A stretch of DNA of 63,657 bases, filler included, from Xylographa opegraphella (Eukaryota), in assembly GCA_022813865.1 (NCBI GenBank). It is 3 parts of 3 records of this genome, joined end to end, with 100 filler letters (N's around TTAATTAATTAA, not from the genome) between each part and the next. Parts side by side here need not be neighbours in the genome. Positions count along the whole stretch, not along the records: positions 24,054 to 47,770 come from JALDZX010000130.1; 2 more parts are not named here. The stretch is one strand, 5' to 3'. How positions within the stretch are numbered: the first letter of the stretch is position 1; each line of letters begins with the position of its first letter. The translations under genes were made by a program, and so were the position numbers. The notes under the pieces were generated by a model that did not search any database, was not told where the DNA came from, and saw only the letters and a list, made by a program, of their open reading frames with translations. This document shows, in pieces, positions 24,115 through 36,712 of this stretch.

Positions 24115-25618
24115 TACTCGAATATAAAATAACTTTTAAAAAAATAAATCATTAAAAATAATTCGTTTTGATTAATAAAAGAAAAAGGCGCTTAAAATTG
24201 TTAAATTCGGGAAAATTGATTGCGATAAACTTTTTATTAAAGAAAATAAAAAAATTAATATATATATAATATTGCTTGTCGAGTTTTAATTCATTTACGA
24301 ATTAATCGAGGCAGAGAATTTTCTAAATAATATAAAATTTAATTTGCGATAAAAAATGTTATTAAAGCAAAATATTTATTATCGTATTAAACTATCGATA
24401 AAAATATATTTATATTAATTTCGCGTAATTAACTATCGTAATTATCGTAGACTTTTAAATTATAAAAGATTTATTTATTTTTTAAAAATACGTAATAATG
24501 GCCGCGAGTATATATTTATTTATTCTTATTAAAAAAATCGCGTAATGAATAATTGCAAAGTTTATTAATCCTTTAAAAAGCGTAGTAAGAATCATTTAAT
24601 ATATATTGATTTATTTTTATCGTTAAAAATGCGTCATAAATAATTATAATATTTATTAATATCGCATTTTATAATAAATCATCGAGTATTAAACTATTTC
24701 GTACAATTAATTATTTTAATCGTTGCGCGAACCCGAGTTTATAATTAATTAAAATAAAATTATTATAATAAAATTAGTACTTTATTGAATTATTTATTAA
24801 AATGCGTTAAAAAAATTAAAAAAGTTTTTTATATACGACTACGTCAACTTCACGATTTTTATTAAATTAATAATTACGTTAATTTCATCAGCAAAAAGAA
24901 TTATTGCTTAAATTTTAAAATTTTATAAATCGATCAAAAAGCATGCTTTTTGCGCATTTAACACGTTCAGTACGTTTAGTACGTTTGATAAAAAAATTTG
25001 CTTTTAACTTTTTTAGTAAGATTTTTATATAGTTAAAATACGTTTTCAATACCTTTTTAAGAAATAGCTAAAATTAGCTAAAAATAATTAAAAAATTTTG
25101 AAATTTTGAAATTAACGAGAATTACTCGTAAATATTCGTTCACGCTGTAACTTTACGAATATTCAACGTATTTTAAACATTTAACGAATTTGGATTTTTT
25201 ACGTAAAATTGATTTAATTACGTATCTATATTATTTATATAAGCCTAGTGGGAGGCCTGCTTAAAAGAATTTAAAAAAGAAATTCAAATTTTTTGCTTAA
25301 TCAGCTTTTATTTATTCTTAATAATTTTTAAATATATTATTTATACGAATAAATTTTTTGGGAAATTTTTTTTAATTTTTTAATTTAATAAAAAATTTGC
25401 TGAACGTGCTGAACGTGTTAAAGGCGCAAAAAAAATGCAAAAAGCATGCAAAAATTAGAAATCTTGTGCTATTTCTGCAAATCTGCTTTTTACGTAAAAA
25501 GCATGCTTTTTAATCGAATTTTCGTTTTTCCTTTTTGTATTTATTGATAATTACGTTAATTTAATGGCAGACTAGCGTTTATATTATTTTAAAATAATAT
25601 AAAAGGTATTTTATTAAA
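24115..25618 (-). mobile_element. RIP-degraded copy of family X; continues at ~33256-33300 after the gypsy insertion
   Basis: Inverted match to ~56380-57245, e.g. CGTTGCGCGAACCCGAGTTTATA at 24721 vs ACCCGAGTTCGCGCAACG at ~56616, and GCAGACTAGCGTTTATATT vs AATATAAACGCTAGCCTGC. Confidence 0.8.
24886..25549. mobile_element. ~670-bp non-autonomous TIR element, copy 1
   Basis: Starts CATCAGCA, colinear with 27980-28677; AAAAAGCATGCTTTTT palindromes and CACGTT-type arrays near both ends. Right end uncertain by a few bp. Confidence 0.8.
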
Positions 25619-25641
25619 TATTAAATTTTTTACCTTTATAG

Positions 25642-25897
25642 TGTAAAGGAATTCGTAGGAAGTCCGCAGCAGCCTAGTTGAGTAGGCAAAGGGGTAGGCA
25701 AAAGGATTGGATCGGGGTCGCAGCTAGGTCAAGTCTTTTCTGAATAAGGTCACTTTCCGTCCGACAGAGAGTGAAAAGAAGAAAAAAACGAATTAACTGC
25801 CGTTGTGGCTCTGCTGCTCTATCGCTATATGCAGATGCGTGAGGAAGGAAGCTCCAAATCAAAAAGCGCCCAAAAGACCCGCCCCGAATCCACCACA
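25642..25897. mobile_element. Solo LTR family C (256 bp) inserted in the gypsy 5' LTR
   Basis: TGT...ACA ends, ATAG on both sides, absent from the 3' LTR, GC content far above flanks. Confidence 0.82.
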
Positions 25898-27979
25898 ATA
25901 GGGTAAGCTAAAAACGTTAAAGAATTAACGCTCGATAAAGAAACGACTCGGCCTTAATTACCTCTCGTTGTATTTTTAATACTTTCATAAAGGGGATTTA
26001 AAGGTATAAAAAGGCATTTTAAATAAAAACTCTATATAAAATAAAGAATTCCCTTTGTTATAAAAAACGTGTTCAATTTATATTATAGTTTATTTTATAA
26101 AATAAAAATCTTTAATACAATTTTGTACGATTAGTATTATTTTTAAAAAACAATAAATTTATTAACGAATTCAATTCAAATCCTTAATTAAATTATATTA
26201 ACGAAATTTAAAATCGTAATACTTTAAATACTTTTACAATAAATATATTAAAAGCACGATCAAATCTATTCCCAAATATCATAAAAAATAGTAAAAAATA
26301 CTATAAAGAAATAATCGCGTTAAAATAAAAAAACCCGATAAATATGAAGAAAATAGGAATTATTTAAAGAATTAATTTATATAAATAAATATATTTTTCG
26401 GGTTTTAAAGGAATAGCGTTTTAAAATTAAAAAAAAGATTTTTCGTTATTACGTATATACGAGAGCAAGCTTAGAAATAAATTATCTTTTATTTAAAAAA
26501 TATTTTAAAAATATTAATAATAAAAACTTTAAGTAATTAAAAAACTTTGCGACGTTTAAAATCAAAATCAGAATTTTTTTTAAATTATTTAACGAAAAAA
26601 ATATAGCTATACGAATTATATAATATTTTAAATAAAAGAAAGTTTGCGTAAAATATTTTACTCGATTATAATAATTCGCAACCCAGATTAAATAAAATAA
26701 TAATACTTTAATTATAATATATCGTAAAGGGCTTAAAAATTTAACAAAAAATAAATTCATAAAGATTAATGTCGCAATTAAAATTATAAATTAAATAATC
26801 AGGGTAAATATAAAAAATTCACGATAAATTATGTAAAAAAGCTATAAAACGTAGATACGAAATCGAAGATATAGCAAAAATTAATTATTAAAAAAACGAC
26901 TTTAAAGTAAAAAAAAAATTGTAAAACGCTAAACTTTTATAAACTTATATTAATAGAAATAAATGTATTTTAAAAACAAAAATAAAGTTTTAAAAAATAA
27001 TATCTACGGGGTAAAAAAATAGAAATCATTTATTATATATATAAAAAAATCGGCCATATTGCTAAAAATTATGCATCGAAAAATTAAAATATTTAAATTA
27101 TAAATAAATATATATTTAAAATTTTTAAGAAAATTAAAATATAAAAAAAATTAGCTATTTTTATATAAAAAAAATACAGAATTTATTTTAACTTTAAGCG
27201 ACCAAACCGATATTGATAAAATATACAAAAGAATTAATTTATGAAAAATTTATATTTAGTATAAAATTTATAGCTTTTAAGTAAAAATTAATAATAATAA
27301 AAAACGATTTAAATGTTAATAATTTATAAATCGAAAAGAACTTTAAAAATCAGAACGTCGAGTTAAATAATTTCGAAAATGAAATTTATAAAAAAATTAA
27401 CGAGTTAACAACGTCGATAAAAATTAAAAAAAATAAATTTATAAAATTATTAAGTAAACTTAGAATATTTATATTATAATATAATATACAGTAGTACCTA
27501 CACAAGTATTTACTATAAAATTTATTTAAAAAATAAGTATAATAACTATACAGCAAAAGCCTATTATAATATTTAAATTTAAAATAAATACTTTAAAAAT
27601 AAATGCCCTTGATATTTAAAAAAACAAAAATATTTACGATTTTTAAAATATATATAAAAATCTTGTTATAAATTTATTACGTACGAAACTCGTTTAAAAA
27701 GAAAAACTACGGGAATTCGTTATAATAATAGTATTTTTATAAAAGATACGTAATATATATAAAAATTAAAGAAATTTACGGTTATTTTAAATAAAAAAGT
27801 AATTTTATATACCATAGAAAAATATATAAAAATTAATATAATATACCTCAAGACATACTAAAAAAGATTAAATTATATAAATTCTATAAAAATTTTAATT
27901 AAAATAAACGATTATCGAACAATTGTATTATTAAATATTAAAATTAATTTAAAGTAAATATTTAATATTTTCGCGGAGA

Positions 27980-28677
27980 CATCAGCAGAAAGAAGTCTTG
28001 CTTAAAATCCAAGGTTTTGCAGATCGGTCAAAAAGCATGCTTTTTGCGTATTGAGCACGTTCAGCACGTTGAGCACGTTCAGCACGTTTAGCACGTTCAG
28101 CACGTTCAGTACAAAAAGTAAAAAAATTTACTTTTTGCTCTTTTAGTAAATATTTTTTAAATTTGAAATACGTTTAAAATAGTTTCTTAATACCTTTTTA
28201 AAATATAGCTAAAAATAACTAAAAATAGAATAAATTTTAAAGTTTTAAATTAATGGGTATTACTCGTAAATATTCGCTAACGCCGTAACTTTACGAATAA
28301 TCAACGTAATTAAAATCTTTTAACGGATTTGGATTTTTACGTAAAATTGATTTAATTACGTATTTATATTGCTTATATAGATTTTATAAAGGGCCTGCTT
28401 AAAGGGACTTAAAAAGTTTTTTTCGAAAAATATTTTTTGCTTAATCAGTTTTTATATATTTTTAATAATTTTTAAATACATTTTTAAGCGAATTAATCAT
28501 TTTAGGACTTTTTTAATTTTTCAACCTAGTAAAAAAGTTGCTAAACGTGCTGAATGCGCAAAAAGCATGCTTTTTTGCATGTAAAAATTAAAATCCTTGT
28601 GCTGTTTCTGCAGATCTGCTTTTTGCGCAAAAAGTATGCTTTTTGATCGAATTTTCGTTTTGTCCTTTTTGCTGATG
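27980..28677. mobile_element. ~700-bp non-autonomous TIR element, copy 2, inside the gypsy element
   Basis: CATCAGCA...TGCTGATG termini; AGCACGTTC-type tandem array at ~28055-28110; AAAAAGCATGCTTTTT palindromes. Confidence 0.85.
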
Positions 28678-30161
28678 AAGCTGCGGCTTCGAGTTTTTAA
28701 TTTTAAAATAAATTTAAATAATTATAGTCGACGGGTCATTAAAAAAACGATATATAAACCCATTTTTCGTCGCTATTTATTAGTACTATAAAAAATAATC
28801 TTTTATATAATTATTATAGCAAAATACTATATTATTTTAATTTTATTTTGATAAATTAAACACAAAGCGTTATTAAATTAACATAAAGAAAATATTTACG
28901 AAAAAGTATATTAATAAAAAACAATAATAAATAAAGAAAAATCGAAAATCGAACGAGATTATAAAAAATTTATTTTTAAATAAAAACGATTTTACTCGAG
29001 AGTTCAACTCGATATATATTAATAAAGTTCGTAAAGGGAATAAAAGTAAAATTTAAAAAAAAGAACGCATTAATTATTATCTCTAAAAAACATAAAATAT
29101 AAATATAATTTTTTTTAGAAAAAAAAAAGTTTAACGCCTTTATTAAGTATTAATCTTAAAACTATAAAATTAATCTCGAATTAAGAAAGAAATTAATATT
29201 CGAATTTATATATAATATATTAAAAAAAATTCGAGAGTTTTGTAAATATATTAATAGAAATTTTAAAATTTATATAAAAATTAAAATTCTTAGCAAAATA
29301 CCCTGTAATATATATATTTAAAAGAGATAAAAGCTCTAAATTTTACATCGATTATCGAAAGTTAAACGATATTATTGATAAAAATTAAGATTCGCTACTA
29401 AAAATTAGCGAAATACGAAATAAATTTAATAAAGTAAAGATTTTTGTTAATTTTGATTTTAAAAGCGTATATAATTTAATTTAAATAAAAGAAGGCGAGA
29501 AATAAAAAATTATATTTCGAAGTAAAAATAAATATTATAAATATTTAATTATATTTTAAAATTAATCAATGCATTAGCTATTTATCAGGCATTAATTAAT
29601 AACGTATTAGAAATATATTTAAATTTTACTGTAATGATTTATTTAAACGATATTTTTGTTTACTCGAAATTAGCAAAAGAATATATAAAATATATACAAA
29701 AAATATTTATATATTTAAAGAAAACGAGACTGCTTTTTAAATGAAAAATGAAAAATTTAATAAAAAGGAAGTAACTCTTTTAAAATTTATAATTAATAGA
29801 AATTAAATAAAATAAATTTGAAAAAATATATATTATATTCGAATGGCCTTAATTAGTAAAAGTAAAAAAGGTTTTGAAATTTTTGAAGTTCGTAAATTTT
29901 AACAAAATTTTTATTAAAAATTATTTAAAAAAAAGGCGATACGGCTGACCAATTTAATATATAAAAATATAATCTTTAAATAAAAGTCGAACCAACAGCG
30001 AGTCTTTAATATTTTGAAAAAAATTTATATAAAATTTCTAATTTTAATAATATTTTAGGTAAAAGAATTTATTAAAATAAAAATTAATGCATCGAATTTA
30101 ACCATTGGGGTATATATATTGTAAATAAAAAATAAGAAATAGTATTTTCTTATATTTTATT

Positions 30162-30344
30162 TGTGACGGCTATGACATCAGTCACAGGTAATAGGGGTCG
30201 GGCTGGATCAGGACTAGCACCTTTTGTATATAGTCTCGCCCATGGAGCAGCCTCACCGCTTCTCCATCTTACTCTAGGTTGAAATCGTCCACCTAAAGCT
30301 TACGTTCTAGGCGTGCTTGTGTGGTGAGTTGATGAGCCGTAACA
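30162..30344 (+). mobile_element. Solo LTR family A (183 bp), TSD TTATT
   Basis: TGTGACGGC...GCCGTAACA termini with TTATT on both sides; near-identical to 60164-60347. Confidence 0.92.
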
Positions 30345-30561
30345 TTATTTAAAAAAAATCGCAATTAAAACAAAACTACGATATTTATAATAAAAAATTA
30401 CTTGCGATAATAGTATGTATATAAAACTAAAGAATATATATTAAAATTTATTTAAAATTGAAAATTTATATAAACTACAAGAATTTATTAAATTTTATTA
30501 CAATAAAAATATTTAATAAAAAATAAATACGATAGGCTAAATTTTTAAAATAGTATGAATT

Positions 30562-30750
30562 TGTTGAAAATCAGGGCGTTAGCAGTCTGTGTTGTTGGTC
30601 CTTTACTATAGCCGATTAGGCCTAGCTTAGTNNNNNNNNNNNNNNNNNNNNNTGGAGCCCCGTCTCCAGAAGAACTCTTCACCTTCTTAGTGATTAAGCA
30701 ATGCACTGTTACCTGCTGCCATTACCTGTGCCTAGTGATTAGTTTCAATA
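30562..30750 (+). mobile_element. Solo LTR family B (189 bp), TSD GAATT
   Basis: TGTTGAAA...TTTCAATA termini with GAATT on both sides; identical to 59714-59902 outside Ns. Confidence 0.9.
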
Positions 30751-32671
30751 GAATTTAAAATTATTTATACTTTAGGAAAAAATAAATAAAAAATAAGTAT
30801 ATTTAATAAAAAAAGATATTTTCTAAATAAGATATTAATAAATAATATACTATTAAAAATTAAATAATTAAGGCGTATTAATTTTAGTACGATGAATTAT
30901 AGCTTTCGAGATAAAAATTATAATTTTTTGAAGAACTTATTAGTAAAGGAATTAATTAAATATTATAATAATAAATTAATAAATAACTATTTAAAAGTTA
31001 CCAAGACAGTAAAATTTATAAAAGAAAACTATAACTTTTGAAATATAAAAAATATGTAAAAGTATATATGAAAAATGTACATTATATCAAAAGAATAAAT
31101 CAATAAGATATGCGATATATAAAAATATTCAATTTGCTAAAATACTAAAGTTATTATAAAAATAAATCTCGATAGACTTTATTACTAAAATTCGAAAGTT
31201 TTATTATTATAAAATAACTTTATAATTTTATTATAATAATAATAAATAAACTTATTAAATATTTTATTATAATAATAATAAATAAACTTATTAAATATTT
31301 ATTATAATATTTTTTTTGAAAAAATTTATATATAGCGAAGCAATTAGCATTTTTGATACTAAATCGATTGGTACGAAATTATAAATTTTTAATAGAAATA
31401 ACGTTAAAGAAGGATCAACTATTTACATTTTATTTTTAAAAAACTTTAATATTTTAATTAAAAATTAAACTAAAAGTGTTAATAATTTATTATTTATAAA
31501 TTAATAAATAAATGGAACGAATAAATTAAAGTTAAAAAATATACCTGAAATACTATATTAATTTTAAATAGAATCATCAAATATTATTGCTACTATTAAA
31601 ATTATTAATACTAAACGATAAATAATTCGCAATAATTAATTTTACGCTATTTTTTACGAATTTAAAAGAATATTTAAATATATTTAAAAAATCAAAATCG
31701 AGGCTTAATATCGATAGGGCAGTAATATTAACCAAATATTGAAAATAAATATATAACAGTTTTGAAAAAGAATTATTTTAAGCAACAAAAAATAAAAAAA
31801 AATTAGAAATTAAAAAATTAAAGAATGAACCTTAGCTAAAGAAAGGGAATAAAATATTTTTTTTTATAAAATATCTATTAATTAAGAAAAATAAAATAAA
31901 AAACTTAATTATATTAAAATCGAACCATTTTTACTAAAACAAATTAAAGAATTAATTAATTAATTTCTCGATTTACTCAGAAACGTAAAAATATATTTAA
32001 TATTTATATTTTTTTACTAAAATTAACTGATCTTAATATTTCGTTATAAATAATTTTCTATTATAATAAAAAAAAAATAGGAATTCGAAGTAAAAAAATT
32101 TTAAAAAAATAAAGTTAAATTCATTAAATAATATATAAAAACCATTTATTAATTTTAAAAACTGTCAAAAAGTTTTTCGAAGATTTTATTAAATAAACCC
32201 AAAACGTCGAAAGGAAGGGATTAAAAAAATAAAACCTCGAAGAAATTGTTAATAAAATTTACGACTTTTTTAGGCTCATTCTTTTTGAAAATTTGAATGT
32301 TAAATATTTTTTAAATAGATATTTTTCGAGAAATTTATTTTATAGCAGCCAACTCCTTTTGAAATTTAATTAAAAAAGATTTTTTAATAATTTATTTACG
32401 ACGAAGGGTAGCTATACGATAACGTTAATTCTTTAACTTTTTTAATAAAAACCTTTTTGACTTTTATTCGGGCTCGATTCGCATTAGTAAAAATTAACGA
32501 ATAAAATAATTTCGATTTAATATAATTTGCGTTATAATTCAAATCATTAAATATTTAATAAGTTAAACTATTTTTTATATATTTATCGCAAGGGTGTATC
32601 GCGATTCTTTTCGTATATAAATAATTTCGACTTATCCCTTTTTTTCTACTATAATTTAATACTTTATTTTT

Positions 32672-32883
32672 AAATATTGTTTAAAAAATATTGTTTAAAA
32701 AAATATTGTTTAAAAAAATATTGTTTAAAAAAATATTGTTTAAAAAAATATTGTTTAAAAAAATATTGTTTAAAAAAATATTGTTTAAAAAAATATTGTT
32801 TAAAAAAATATTGTTTAAAAAAATATTGTTTAAAAAAATATTGTTTAAAAAAATATTGTTTAAAAAAATATTGTTTAAAAAAA
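32672..32883. repeat. 15-bp tandem array (AAATATTGTTTAAAA)x~14
   Basis: Direct reading; explains the spurious KKYCL/FKKIL ORFs. Confidence 0.95.
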
Positions 32884-33299
32884 TTAAGAACAAAAAGATT
32901 AAAAAGAATTAAAATTAAAGTTTTTATCTTTATAAAATACGCTAAAAATATTAAAAAATTAACGTTTGATAAAAACGGCCCGGCTTTAATTACCTTTCGT
33001 TATTTTTTAATATTTTTATAAAGAGTATTTAGGGGCATAAAAAAGTATCTCGAATAAAATTTTTATATAATGTAAGAAATTCCCTTTATTGTAAAAAACG
33101 TATTCAACTTTATAAAAACCTTTAGTATAATTTTGTACAAAAATTGTTATTTTTTTAAGAACAATAAATTTATTACTGTATTTTTTAATTTTTTATTAAC
33201 GAATTTAACCCAGATCCTTGATCAAGTTGTACCAACGAGATTCAGAATCGTAATATCGGGCGACGTTATTTTCAACAAGATTTATTATTGAATTAAATT

Positions 33300-36200
33300 T
33301 TAAAAATAATAAAAGTTAGCGATTTAATAAATGTGGAGTAAAAATATTATAAATAACGTCGTTTGACAGAATATTTTTGATATTGCTTAAAAAAAATATA
33401 AACGTTAATTTATTATGAAATTAATATAATTATTAAATTAATGTAACAGCTAAGCTAGCGTAATTATATATTAAAAATAATCTTTTACGCATTTTTATAA
33501 ATCATTCAATAAAGTATTGATTTTATTATATTTATTTCACCTATTCATTTCAATTATAATAATAATAATAATATTTATACATTTTTGTAATATTAATTTT
33601 AATCGATTCATCAAGGAATTTATTTAATGATTATATAAATAAAATTCTTTAAAATAAAAATTACTTTTTTAATTTATAAATATATATTTATCGTCGGGAT
33701 TGCGCTGTTTTATATATTTATACTTTTTCATTTAGTAATTTAATCGCCCTCGTAAAAATATTTTCGTTATTTTAGTTATTTTAATAATTTTGTATATATT
33801 AATATTGTAACCGCCGCTGAAAAAGTTGTAATAAATTTAATTAACTTTCGATAATTCAAAAATTTAATAAAATTTAAATAGTTTTTATACGTTTTTAACG
33901 TCGTTTAAACTTTATATGGCGTCAATACGTATCAAGTTATTTATAATTAATTATAATTTTTAATTTTATATTATAATTTATAATCGAGGATTTTTAACGA
34001 TAATTTTTTTATTTTTTATTTTTATTTTAATATATATGGTTAACGTATTTTTATTTTAATATATATCGTTAACGTATTTTTATTTTATAGAATTCGTTTT
34101 TAAACCTCGTCGTAGTTTTCATTAAAAAACAACGTTACGTCGGGTTTTTTTAATATTTATTTTATTTTTTATTTTGTTCTCTCGATAAACGATTATTATA
34201 ATCTTTTTTAATAACGTTTTCCATATATTTTTCGCGTTTAATAATATAATATCTTTATTAATGATTTTTTGTTTAAAATTCGTTATTTTTTTGTTCGAGT
34301 TTATATATTTTAACCGATATTTTATTTTTGCTTTAATTTTATCGCAGGTTGTACTTACTTTTTGCGTTTTATTTATATTTCGTATACGTAAAGTCGCGTA
34401 ATCCTGAATTTTATTAAAATTTAATTTAATTGGAGGTACGAATATCTTTATTTACAATATTTTTATATTAATTTTTTAAAGTTTTTTGTTATATTTCGTA
34501 TCCCTTAATTCTGTAAAAATTTGAGCCGTTTTTCTGCCTTTATTTACAAAGTCAATTTTTCACTGATTAATCATATTTAAAATAAATATATTTTCGATTT
34601 TATATTCAAAATAATAAATTTTTCGCAATTAAATAATCTCGTAATTTATGTTTTTAAATACGCTGTTATAAATTTATAATTAAACATTATTATTTTAATA
34701 CGTATACGTATTTTAAAATTTTAATATAAATAAAATAATTTTTCATTTAACGTTTCAATACACGCGTTCGTTTTTCTTAAATTATATAAATAATTTTTTT
34801 AATAAAAACGTAATTTTTTTTACAGTTAAAAATAAATTTTACTCGAGTATAAAATAAATTTTTTATTAAAATAAAATCGCTGTTTTCGCGCGAGTGCTCG
34901 AAATTAAAATTTTAAATATAATATTTTAAAGTTTGGATTTGTATATTAAACTCGTAGCAAATATTATATTTAAAGTATTTTCAAATTGAAATTTATTAAA
35001 AAAAATAAAAATTTACAGATTATTAATAATTAAGATTGTATGTTACAACTCGTGTATATACCCCTAAACGTTTTTTATACGTTTTTTATTATTTATAATC
35101 TTTTTAATAAATTTTTTATATTTCGTAGGCTACGCGGTGAATATATTTTTTATTAAAGAATATATAACATTATAATTTATTAATTAAGTTAATTTATTAA
35201 TTAAATTAATCTATTAAAGAAGTAGAATTTTTAATAAAATTTAAATTTTTATTATATAATTTATAAATTATAATTCGTAAACTGCTCGTATATATTTTTA
35301 TTTACCTAATACGTAATAAAAGCCTTTTAACGAATATATTTATTTGCTAATTATTTATAAAACGCCGGCGAAGCGCGTAGTTGACGAAATTTTATCGAAA
35401 TATATTAATAAAATTTATATAATAATTAACAAGATATTTATAATGTGAGTTTTATTATTTTTATTATTGTATTTCGTCGCCTAGTAAGTAAGCCCAGAGC
35501 CTTATAAATACAAAAGTGTTCTATTTTCATTTTCAATATATATTATATTTATACAGTTATAACGCAAACGCTGCGTTTCAAATTTAATTACAAATTAAAT
35601 AAAATAAAAATCGAATAATTCTAATAAATTCTTTATTCGTAAGCCCGCGTATTTTACAACAACGTATTTTATTAAATTAATTTAACTTTATCGTTACGTT
35701 ACCGCGAAAATAATTATTGACGTCGAATATCGCGTAAATATATAATTTATCGTTTTATCACTGCTGCAACGCAGCCGTAACACTCAGTACGAATACATTA
35801 AAAATATTATTAAAATAAGATTTTAATAAAAACCCGCGAGTATTTTTTTTAATAATATTATAAAATTAATAATAATTTACGTATTTAATACTTTTATAAA
35901 GTTTTTTTTTCAAAAAAATCGAATAACACGAATTTTTTTTATTTATAAATTTTAATTAATTTTCTTTATAAAACTTTAATCTCGATTTTTTTAATTATTA
36001 TAAAAATGTTGATTTATATTCTAATAATAATAAAATTAAAATTAACTCAATTAAAATCATTTGTAAAAATAAAATAAAACGATTCGAATTTTCTACAATT
36101 TATAAAGAAATAAATTTAAAAGATTTTAACGAATAATATTAAATTTTTTATAAAAAATTTACGCAGCGAGAATTTTTATTAAATTTACAATTGCGAACGT

Positions 36201-36350
36201 TTCGCGAAATTATTATCGAACAACTTTTTTTAAAAAAAAATAGCAAAATTATAAAAACGATTAAGCAATTACGTAATAAAAAACTCTTAAATTAAGTTAA
36301 ACTATAAATTACTGTTAAAAAAGAAAGAATCTTGAATACGCGAAACTATT
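33300..36350. mobile_element. Unresolved AT-rich RIP-degraded repeat relics
   Basis: Extreme AT content with residual CpG; ~33350-33430 matches a family X subterminal unit (~56216); no readable domain. Confidence 0.55.
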
Positions 36351-36712
36351 CTACTGTCTTGCAGCCCGATCATTTACGCGAGGTACAGGCTCCGCGGCCC
36401 GCAAATCTGGCAAGGTCCTGCTTTCTATATACGACCTTGACACGAATTCAACTCAGATTTGAAGCCGAGATGTATCAATAAGATTCGTGATCGTGAACGC
36501 GAAGGGTTTTATAATCCCTACACATAGCTATCTCGACCCGCAATGATATTGTAAATGCCAGTTGTTGGACCATTTTGAAACAAATTTGAGTTTCAATTGT
36601 ATTAAACTCTAAAATCTGCCGACTGATGCTTCAAAGGAACATGGTCATAAGCCATCGCTACCATCCGCACGCCACGTATCAAACCTCAATCGGATTTGAG
36701 CAGAAACATTCT

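Larger units (their letters stand above)
23462..24115. mobile_element. DNA-transposon relic(s): TIR-like ends flanking inverted 9-bp arrays, split by a contig linker
   Basis: Sharp GC-to-AT boundary after TA-ACCGTGCATTTCC. 24054-24114 reverse complement (GGAGTTTTCCCGGGTTAATGCACGGCCC..CAATGCAC) resembles the pogo TIR near 62070 and ends at a TA. Confidence 0.5.
25619..33255 (+). mobile_element. Full-length RIP-inactivated Ty3/gypsy (chromovirus-like) LTR retrotransposon; LTRs ~25619-26221 and ~32912-33255
   Basis: Two colinear LTRs ending AATCGTAATA. Relic RT (FCIDYRKLN-like ~29341, YLDDI-like ~29640), RNase H (DAS ~30085, NYDIYDKELLAI-like ~30374), integrase (ISMDFIT-like ~31168), chromodomain (EFEVEKIL-like ~32081). 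Flanks TTAAA/TCGGG fit a mutated 5-bp TSD. Confidence 0.88.

Noticed and set aside
28055..28110. Short repeat arrays as CRISPR-like (also 23633-23953, 61430-61570)
   Set aside because: Contiguous tandem units without spacers, in a eukaryotic context.
32677..33021. Repetitive ORFs (KKYCL, FKKIL, NNIFL; also 47347 and 48129)
   Set aside because: Translations of AT-rich tandem repeats.
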